A stretch of 20,000 nt of DNA from an uncultured virus (IMG/VR IMGVR_UViG_3300046501_000552) (lineage: Duplodnaviria > Heunggongvirae > Uroviricota > Caudoviricetes): IMG/VR virus record IMGVR_UViG_3300046501_000552, positions 51,393 through 71,392 of that record. One strand, written 5' to 3'. Shown here one piece after another: positions 9,111-15,561 of this stretch (position 1 is its first letter; the number at the start of each line of letters is the position of its first letter). The notes below the pieces were generated by a model. That model was not told the origin of the DNA, did not search any database, and worked only from the letters and a program-made list of their open reading frames with translations. The position numbers were made by a program, and so were the translations under genes.

Positions 9111-10580
9111 TTAATCACCCGTCTTAGGCAAATCCACCTGTCCGTTGTTGTTTACATCGGCGACCCTGGTCAGGTTCTGTGACAGCATCATCTCTTCGGC
9201 TTGAAGCAACGCCTCCGCTGGTTTGCAGATGGTCATCCCACGGCGGGAATCCGGGTAGCTCTTCCACACGTCGAGATCAGCGATGCGTTCCATCTGATCT
9301 TTCAACACCGGATCAGCAGGCGAAGCTATGGGTGCAACACCGCCCGGCCACAGTCCTGCGTCGTCGATGTGCATGACGGAGCGGCTCATCCCACGTGGTT
9401 GCTTGACAACCGTATCGCCTTGAGCCTGTTCGAAGATGGTGTCGACTTCTTGTTGGGTCTGGAGCATTTCGGCTTCTATCTTCCAGCGCACCCCGCACTG
9501 CTCATCGAACACCAGATCGACTGGGAGGTTCGAATAGTCCAACGCCAAGTGGCCGCCGAGGTGAGCCGTACGAATGAACGGACGTGCGCGTACCAGCATC
9601 TGATTACGCGTTTCACCGGTGAGCGGATGGATCTGCATCTGGTACTTGAAACCCGACTCCAGTTCGCCATTGTGATCCCCGTTATCTTGCCCCAGCGGAT
9701 GACCCAGGACAGTACCACCGAACTCTGCAGGCCACCCTCCTTCAGGCCTGAAAACACGCGCATCGGTGGCCCGCACCGCGAAGTGGTTCTTGGTGATGTC
9801 TTCCAAGGTTTCCAGGATCGGTGAAGACTCCCGGACTTGTTGGCTCGTCATGGTCAGCAACGCATCCCCACCGGCTGAAGCCAGCGCACCATGGGTTTTC
9901 CGATCGAAGAGTGGTGTGCCAATGCGCAGTTCATCGTCTTTAGCAGCTTCTGCCAACCCCAGGAAGCTCTGCACGCTTCGATCCGCGTAATCATCCCCCT
10001 TCAGGCGAGCTTCAGCTTCCGCGATCATTTCGTCACGCGTCTTGTGCGGCAACAATGCAGCGCTCGCGTTCAGGGCGTTGGGATTAGCTTGCCGAGCTTG
10101 CTCCAGAATTTCCCTGGTGCTGGGGCGCAAACGCAACTTTGCTGGCAGCTTGGCTGAACCGAGCCCGTAATGGCGCTCCATGACCTCGGCAGTTGAGAAG
10201 CCATGCGGTTCATCAGTCATCGGTTGCCCCCGACCCATTTCGTAGTCAATGTGCTCCTGGTTGGAGAATATCGGCGTGTACTGGTCCGGCTTGGCTTTCC
10301 AGCGACGTGGGTTTTCGGACACGCCTTCTGCGATGAAGGGCCGTGGCGTGTTGCGCTCGACGAACACAAACTCAGTGTCCTTCCAGAAGTTGTGAGCGAC
10401 GGCCTCTTCGATGATGCGCCGCCCTTCAGCTTCTTCGAACTGAATACCACTGTCGTTGAGGAAGGTGATCTGGGCGTCTTCGATGCCGTTCTGCTTGAGG
10501 AAGTCAGCGAAGGCAAATGCCAGCAGCGTCTTGCCTGTGCCGCAGAAACCATCGATGGTGATACGGATTTCCTTTTTCAT
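9111..10580 (-). CDS. Hypothetical protein (489 aa) with an N-terminal P-loop (Walker A) module and a long unrecognised tail
   Basis: RBS CAGGAG. N-terminus IRITIDGFCGTGKTLLAFAFADFLKQNG is a GxxGxGKT beta-alpha unit like those of nucleotide kinases. The rest is not recognisable as a full NTPase. Confidence 0.7.
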   Translation of the reverse strand: MKKEIRITIDGFCGTGKTLLAFAFADFLKQNGIEDAQITFLNDSGIQFEEAEGRRIIEEAVAHNFWKDTEFVFVERNTPRPFIAEGVSENPRRWKAKPDQYTPIFSNQEHIDYEMGRGQPMTDEPHGFSTAEVMERHYGLGSAKLPAKLRLRPSTREILEQARQANPNALNASAALLPHKTRDEMIAEAEARLKGDDYADRSVQSFLGLAEAAKDDELRIGTPLFDRKTHGALASAGGDALLTMTSQQVRESSPILETLEDITKNHFAVRATDARVFRPEGGWPAEFGGTVLGHPLGQDNGDHNGELESGFKYQMQIHPLTGETRNQMLVRARPFIRTAHLGGHLALDYSNLPVDLVFDEQCGVRWKIEAEMLQTQQEVDTIFEQAQGDTVVKQPRGMSRSVMHIDDAGLWPGGVAPIASPADPVLKDQMERIADLDVWKSYPDSRRGMTICKPAEALLQAEEMMLSQNLTRVADVNNNGQVDLPKTGD

Positions 10581-10603
10581 CCTGTTCTCCTGAAAGCGTT
10601 ACG

Positions 10604-11107
10604 TTAAGCGGTGGCGTGCTCGATCTCTTGCAACAAGGCGCGGTCCCCGAGGCGAAAGCCCGCGTTGATGATAAGACCTAGCACGCTGTTGGGCGTCGGT
10701 TCCCCCACGCCGTCGAGCCAGCGCTGATACTCGGCGGCCCCTTCGGTGTATTCTTGCGTGAGCTCGCCGTAGCCGAGCCAGCTAATCATGTCCGCCAGGG
10801 CACGCTCCTGTTCCCGCGCACGATTGTAAAAACGCGGGGCGTACTCTTGCGAGGCCGAGCGCATAAAGCGCACTTCAAAGAAGCCCGTGAACTGCCGCGC
10901 CCGGATACGCACCTCGCGTTCAGCGGCTTCGCTGCCCGAGGTTGCGCCGAAGCGAATTTCCATATCACCCCATCCCGTCGAGGCATACAGCTTTTCCTTT
11001 ACCGTGCCCAAGGGGAAGACCTTCTTCGAGATGATCTGGGAGTTCAAAGCCTCGATCAGCTTGACGCCGAATTCGTTACCGGCATTGGTGAAATCAAAGA
11101 GTTCCAT
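10604..11107 (-). CDS. Hypothetical protein (~167 aa)
   Basis: Fills the gap in the minus-strand gene run. ATG at 11107 (MELFDF...) is preferred over TTG at 11119; no clear SD sequence. Confidence 0.65.
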   Translation of the reverse strand: MELFDFTNAGNEFGVKLIEALNSQIISKKVFPLGTVKEKLYASTGWGDMEIRFGATSGSEAAEREVRIRARQFTGFFEVRFMRSASQEYAPRFYNRAREQERALADMISWLGYGELTQEYTEGAAEYQRWLDGVGEPTPNSVLGLIINAGFRLGDRALLQEIEHATA

Positions 11108-11142
11108 GTTTTTATTCAACTAAGACATAAGCGTTATAAGTA

Positions 11143-11166
11143 GCGAGGAAGCCGTAGCCTCCTCGC
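11143..11166 (-). promoter_or_regulatory. Intergenic stem-loop (C-UACG-G tetraloop)
   Basis: Minus strand GCGAGGAGGC-TACG-GCTTCCTCGC is a 10-bp stem with one G-U pair. It is followed by TACTTATAACGCTTATG, with no long U tract. Confidence 0.65.
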
Positions 11167-11183
11167 CGGTAAGAAAAGCAGGG

Positions 11184-11597
11184 TTACAGCGCGCGGGCTG
11201 GTTCGACAATACAGCCGTCGAGGACCAGCGCTTCTTCAGCCGTGATGCCTTCCTGACCGATCGCACCCAGTGAAAGCGGGCGTGGTTCGGACAAAAAGCC
11301 CATGCCGTCGGTGTTGATCTCAGCCACGTTGGCATTTTCCCGACTGACCACCGTGACCGGTGCATCAAACAACTGCGGATTCGCATCCCGCATGGCGTCA
11401 AGCAGCGTGTCAGGCTGCTCGTCTATCCCTTGGGTGCTGGTCCAGGCTCTAAAGCCAGGCGTATCGGCCTGAATGTTGGCCACGGTGACATTATTAAAGC
11501 CATACGTGTCCTTCAGTGCTTGACCAATTGCCCGACCCACAAGCTCCGCAGCCTTGCCATCGGGGCTTTCCACCACGATGTTCACAGGTGCGTCCAT
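11184..11597 (-). CDS. Small acidic paralog family member 1 (137 aa)
   Basis: Strong RBS AGGGAGG. Motifs VNIVVES...GFNNVTV and TLLDAMRDANPQLF are shared with four neighbours. Confidence 0.85.
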   Translation of the reverse strand: MDAPVNIVVESPDGKAAELVGRAIGQALKDTYGFNNVTVANIQADTPGFRAWTSTQGIDEQPDTLLDAMRDANPQLFDAPVTVVSRENANVAEINTDGMGFLSEPRPLSLGAIGQEGITAEEALVLDGCIVEPARAL

Positions 11598-11609
11598 TTT
11601 CCCTCCCTT

Positions 11610-11978
11610 TTAATCGCGTTCGTTCACCTCGTCACGATCCAGTTCGAGCGCGACTTCCAGATCCGCCGCTTCGTTGGGTGGCAGATCCATCTCCACTTCG
11701 AGCTCCGGCTCCAGACACGCACTCACCACTTCGATACGACGATGGAAGAGCGCCGGATTGGCGTCTGCCATCGCATCGAGCAACGACTTACCTTGCTCGA
11801 AGTCCGTTTGCGGGTCACCCACGGCTTCGCTACTCACATCCGCATGATGAGTAACGGTGACGTTGGTGAAGCCGACGTTCTGGATCGCGTGTCCCACCAC
11901 CTTACCGAGCGCCAGCGCGAGTTCGTTGTTATCCGACTCGATGACTACGCTGGCAACCGCGTCTTCTTGCTGTTCCAT
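11610..11978 (-). CDS. Small acidic paralog family member 2 (122 aa)
   Basis: RBS AGGAGG. Motifs SVVIES...GFTNVTV and SLLDAMADANPALF; very acidic C-tail. Confidence 0.85.
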   Translation of the reverse strand: MEQQEDAVASVVIESDNNELALALGKVVGHAIQNVGFTNVTVTHHADVSSEAVGDPQTDFEQGKSLLDAMADANPALFHRRIEVVSACLEPELEVEMDLPPNEAADLEVALELDRDEVNERD

Positions 11979-12008
11979 GTCCTTCCTCCTTGTTTTTACT
12001 GCGTCATT

Positions 12009-12422
12009 TTACTGCACGATGACCGTAGCTGCTTCGGGCTTGCTCACCCGGATCGCATCGTTCAGACCTGCGCCGTCGCCGAGTTCTTCCTTGGCGTCTT
12101 CAATCATGTCCGTGACGAGATCCAGTGCTGCACTGCCGCCCGCGGTGGCAATGACGGCGATGGGTGCATCGAAGAGCTGCGGGTTTAGGGCCTTCATCGA
12201 GCCGAGGAGCGTGTCCGCGTTCGAGAGGTCCACATCCACACGCGTCGGATCGTCGCTCTTGTCGACATGGATCGCCACGTTGGTGAAACCTGCGTCCGAG
12301 AGGCCTTTATTGACCGCGACGGCAATCGCCTGTCGCTGGCTGATGTTGTCTGACGCGATGATGACACCCGCACCGCTGTCATTCTTGGTTACGTCGTTCA
12401 TAATGCGAGCAAATTCCTTCAT
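12009..12422 (-). CDS. Small acidic paralog family member 3 (137 aa)
   Basis: RBS AGGA. Motifs GVIIAS...GFTNVAI and TLLGSMKALNPQLF. Confidence 0.85.
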   Translation of the reverse strand: MKEFARIMNDVTKNDSGAGVIIASDNISQRQAIAVAVNKGLSDAGFTNVAIHVDKSDDPTRVDVDLSNADTLLGSMKALNPQLFDAPIAVIATAGGSAALDLVTDMIEDAKEELGDGAGLNDAIRVSKPEAATVIVQ

Positions 12423-12453
12423 GATACCGTTCCTGTTCGTGATGGGTTTTTTG

Positions 12454-12891
12454 TTAGACGAGAACTTCGTCGAGTAGCACTGCTTTTGGTGCTACAAACG
12501 TGGCGAGGTCAATGATCGTGCCATCTTTCAGACGACCTTGACCGGGCTGGAGTTCGGGCGCATCGCCCGAGAGTTCTGTCATGTCGATGTGGTCAGCCAT
12601 CGTGCTCAGATGGGGCTCGGTAGCTTCCACAGGGTTCTCGCTATAGGGCATAGCGAGGATGCTCACTGGCCGCGCGAACAGTCGCGGGTTCAGCGCACGC
12701 ATCTCATCAAGCAGGCTCGGAAGCGCGGAGCGTTCGATCACCTTGCTTGTTTCGTCGTCGCGGCTGGCGATGCCAGTGTCGACATGGGTGAACCCCGATT
12801 CCTGCAGTTTGTCTTGGATCAGACTTGCCACCAGCTGCCGGGTCTGTGCGCCCTGTGCTTCGATGATGACATTGATTGCGTCAGGAGTCAT
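12454..12891 (-). CDS. Small acidic paralog family member 4 (~145 aa)
   Basis: Start revised to ATG at 12891 (MTPDAINVIIEA), preceded by AAGGA; the ORF-track start at 12951 falls inside a hairpin. Motifs GFTHVD and SLLDEMRALNPRLF. Confidence 0.85.
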   Translation of the reverse strand: MTPDAINVIIEAQGAQTRQLVASLIQDKLQESGFTHVDTGIASRDDETSKVIERSALPSLLDEMRALNPRLFARPVSILAMPYSENPVEATEPHLSTMADHIDMTELSGDAPELQPGQGRLKDGTIIDLATFVAPKAVLLDEVLV

Positions 12892-12914
12892 GCCTAATCG
12901 TTCCTTGAAGGGCT

Positions 12915-12952
12915 CATAAGACGGAGGGGCCGAAGGCACCCTCCATCTCATG
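12915..12952 (-). promoter_or_regulatory. Intergenic stem-loop boxed by CATGAG...CTTATG
   Basis: Minus strand CATGAGATGGAGGG-TGCCTTCGGC-CCCTCCGTCTTATG forms a 14-bp stem (two G-U pairs) with a CTTCG-containing apex and no U tract. Confidence 0.7.
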
Positions 12953-12969
12953 CTCAGTCGTCGTAAGTT

Positions 12970-13374
12970 TTACTTCTGCTGCGAGGGACCCACATGCGCC
13001 CAGATCGTGTTAGCGGCAATGAGAAGCTCTTCTTCGATTGCCTCGACAAAGAGTTCTTCGGTTTTACCATCGTGCAGCCACAGATCAAAGAATCGCCCTG
13101 TACCCGGTTCATCATCCCGATAGTACTCCCTCATCGACACGTACGGGACCTGTTGGCCCATCCGGGTTAAGTCAATGAAGTAGAACTGGGTGTGTGCGTG
13201 ACTGTCTTCTGACTCGCACACGTACATGGTTTTCAGCTGAATGCTCGGATATGCCGAGCGCACTGCTAACAGCTTAGCCTGCAGAATTCCCATGATGGCG
13301 TAGCCGAACGGATTCGGTACGTTATCAGCCATCGGAACGGTTTCAGGAAGGGCAGGTTTCTTACGGGCGCTCAT
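12970..13374 (-). CDS. Hypothetical protein (134 aa)
   Basis: Tightly packed in the minus-strand run (6 bp after the upstream stop). Weak similarity to the 10604-11107 product. Confidence 0.7.
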   Translation of the reverse strand: MSARKKPALPETVPMADNVPNPFGYAIMGILQAKLLAVRSAYPSIQLKTMYVCESEDSHAHTQFYFIDLTRMGQQVPYVSMREYYRDDEPGTGRFFDLWLHDGKTEELFVEAIEEELLIAANTIWAHVGPSQQK

Positions 13375-13380
13375 TAATGC

Positions 13381-14541
13381 TTACTCCGTGGTCTGGAACT
13401 TACGAGCCCGATGCAGTTCGATGGAGAATGCCTCGGGGTTCTTTTCGATCTCAGCCCACGTGGTGTGGTCGGGCACAATCGCGGGCAAGGTGAGATTCAC
13501 ACGATGTGAGTCCCCATCGACTAAGAACATACCGATGGCGCCTGCCCACTGTCCCACGTACACCTGTGGGATCTTTTCAAAGCGCGCAATGCTACTGAGC
13601 TTAAGGAGCTCGCCCGCTTGCCCGAAGAATTCCACGTTCACCCAGCCCGGTTGTAGGTCGAACCCTTCCTCGATCACGACCTTCCACTTAGGCTTACCGT
13701 CCGGTGGGTCCAGATACACCGTAGTGGTGCCGTAGGCGCTCTCAGTGGGCTCGCAGACGTCAGCGGCATAGCCGGTACAGTCGTAGGCGCCGACGACGCC
13801 CTTGACCAGCAGCGCCAGCCCACGACCGGCTGAGCAGGCGTCCTCCATTTCGAACTGGTAAGACACTTGCGGCTGCAACTCGAGCCAGTCTGCATCCATC
13901 CAGAAACCGATCGGCTCGGCTTGCGTGAAATACGCCACCAGCGAGGTGACAAATTCGTCTGCTTCCAGATCGAGCTGATGGCCCTTGCGATCGAGCACGG
14001 CCGACACATGCACAGGCGTAAGCTGGACAACACGCAGATTACCGCTCTTGATATTGAGCGTACCTGAGAGCTCCATCTCCAATCGCACATACATCTCTTC
14101 AGCCATCATGCGCTGCAGAATCGGCGGTCGCGACTCGACCGTAGTCCAGGTCGCCAGCTCCGTGAGACCGATCACAAACGGAATGCGCTTGTTTTCGATC
14201 GCCAGTTGACAGAAGTCCGTTTGCGAAGCGGGCACGAACCGGGCATCCGCCACATTCAACCCGATGGCCGAAGTCACCACCTTTTCACAATCGGGCAGCT
14301 TGAACACCACGCCGTACAGGCGCGGGTTCGTCGGATCAATCCCCCAGCTCGGGCGAATCACTTCTTGCGCGACAAGCTCTTCACTACGTGCCAATCCCGT
14401 GAAGGGGATGTTCACGTTAAAGCGCAACGCCGACGTGTAGACCGTGATGTGCGAGGTGAGGGCTTCTGCTTCGCCGAGATTGTACTGATCATCGACAAAG
14501 TGGTAACGGTTAAAGGGGGTATGCAGCGGTAGGATTTTCAT
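13381..14541 (-). CDS. 386-aa protein whose N-terminal ~220 aa resemble an internal segment of the phiKZ-type major capsid protein
   Basis: RBS AGGA. The motif series KILPLH..HFVD..TSAL..GLARSEELV..GIDP..VRLEMELSGTLNIKSG..VHVSAVLDRKGHQLDL..PIGFWMDA parallels the middle of phiKZ-like MCPs as I recall them. The CDS itself is well supported; the homology needs a search. Confidence 0.6.
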   Translation of the reverse strand: MKILPLHTPFNRYHFVDDQYNLGEAEALTSHITVYTSALRFNVNIPFTGLARSEELVAQEVIRPSWGIDPTNPRLYGVVFKLPDCEKVVTSAIGLNVADARFVPASQTDFCQLAIENKRIPFVIGLTELATWTTVESRPPILQRMMAEEMYVRLEMELSGTLNIKSGNLRVVQLTPVHVSAVLDRKGHQLDLEADEFVTSLVAYFTQAEPIGFWMDADWLELQPQVSYQFEMEDACSAGRGLALLVKGVVGAYDCTGYAADVCEPTESAYGTTTVYLDPPDGKPKWKVVIEEGFDLQPGWVNVEFFGQAGELLKLSSIARFEKIPQVYVGQWAGAIGMFLVDGDSHRVNLTLPAIVPDHTTWAEIEKNPEAFSIELHRARKFQTTE

Positions 14542-14578
14542 TTTCTTTTCCCTGTCTTTTTAACCTGTACTGACTGCG

Positions 14579-14971
14579 CTAAAAACGGATGGTGGTCATG
14601 CCACCCTGAATCTCGATGGCCTTGATGGGACCATCGGGCGGGCTTGGATTGGTGATCCGGTTCCAGGCCGCCTCATTGGGGATGTCTGGTTCAAACGCTT
14701 GCCGGGCAGTTTCCACCGTAATTGCGGTGGTAAAGATTTCGGGGTTAAGCAGCTGACACTCTTCCAAGAGCGTGGTCACGTTCTCGGACGGCATCTGCTC
14801 CTTGTGATCCGGAATGTAATCGACGTGCTGAAAGCCTGCGCCTTCCAGGGCACCAAAGACCACCTCTTTGGCGACCCAACGGGCGCGCTCTGTGCCACCG
14901 GTGATGACGATACTCATCGCATCCTCACCCACATCCAGCGGGCCCACCAGGTCCATGTTCAGCTGTGCCAT
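14579..14971 (-). CDS. Small acidic paralog family member 5 (130 aa, most diverged)
   Basis: RBS GGAG. Motifs SIVITGG...GFQHVD and TLLEECQLLNPEIF. Confidence 0.8.
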   Translation of the reverse strand: MAQLNMDLVGPLDVGEDAMSIVITGGTERARWVAKEVVFGALEGAGFQHVDYIPDHKEQMPSENVTTLLEECQLLNPEIFTTAITVETARQAFEPDIPNEAAWNRITNPSPPDGPIKAIEIQGGMTTIRF

Positions 14972-14972
14972 G

Positions 14973-15353
14973 TTAACTCTCCCAGGAGTCGGTTGCTAGA
15001 TAGAGATAAAAGCGGATCAGGTAGTCGGGAATGGTCTCTGCATTCACCCACAGCTCCGCCACTTCGATGTCGTCATTGCGGGCACCGACGACGTGACGCA
15101 TCACCTTCACCCGTGCCATGCGCAAACCTTCGCGCTCCATCACACTTAAGTAACCTTTCAGCTCCAGCGGTTCTTGCCCGACGAGCTCGCCGATGAGGAG
15201 CTCAGTATGGTGCTCGCGGGTCTCATCGTCATCCTTACGGGTCACAAGGACTTTCGTGAGCGAGTTCTTTATTTTGTAGCCGGTCAGCGCCTGACGAAAT
15301 ACCACGTACTGCGCGATCAGCTCCGCAAAGGGACGATTGCTTTCTACGGTCAC
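14973..15353 (-). CDS. Hypothetical protein (126 aa)
   Basis: GTG start preceded by CAGGAG; its stop lies 1 bp before the next ATG. First gene of the accessory run. Confidence 0.7.
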   Translation of the reverse strand: MTVESNRPFAELIAQYVVFRQALTGYKIKNSLTKVLVTRKDDDETREHHTELLIGELVGQEPLELKGYLSVMEREGLRMARVKVMRHVVGARNDDIEVAELWVNAETIPDYLIRFYLYLATDSWES

Positions 15354-15378
15354 AACACTCTCCTGGTTATCGTAAGGG

Positions 15379-15418
15379 CATAAACCGAGACAAGGAAAAA
15401 AATCCTTGTCTCGTTATG
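15379..15418. promoter_or_regulatory. Perfect 11-bp inverted repeat boxed by CATAA...TTATG in the leader of the accessory run
   Basis: Plus strand reads CATAA-AC-CGAGACAAGGA-AAAAAA-TCCTTGTCTCG-TTATG. Confidence 0.75.
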
Positions 15419-15511
15419 AGTGAGCCTTAGGCCCTGTCACCGCTCGTGTTAGGAAACACGTCACGCTGCGCAATCATGGTCAGGGGTCCGTTTGGCCTGC
15501 TATCGATGAAC

Positions 15512-15553
15512 AAAAAAGAAAGGCCTGGGGATCACTCCCCAGGCGCTATGCCG
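15512..15553 (-). terminator. Intrinsic terminator after the 690-aa gene
   Basis: Minus strand reads CGGCATAGC-GCCTGGGGA-GTGA-TCCCCAGGC-CTTTCTTTTTT: a 9-bp perfect stem plus T tract, just after the stop at 15562. Confidence 0.85.
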
Positions 15554-15561
15554 CCGAATCC

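Noticed and set aside
9111..10580. Calling the 489-aa protein a thymidylate/nucleoside kinase
   Set aside because: Only the first beta-alpha unit with Walker A is recognisable. No lid, substrate-binding or other downstream kinase motifs were seen.
15421..15510. Self-cleaving ribozyme or tRNA in the intergenic region
   Set aside because: No CUGANGA/GAAA hammerhead core, no consistent HDV-like P1/P2 pairing, and no cloverleaf or T-loop.
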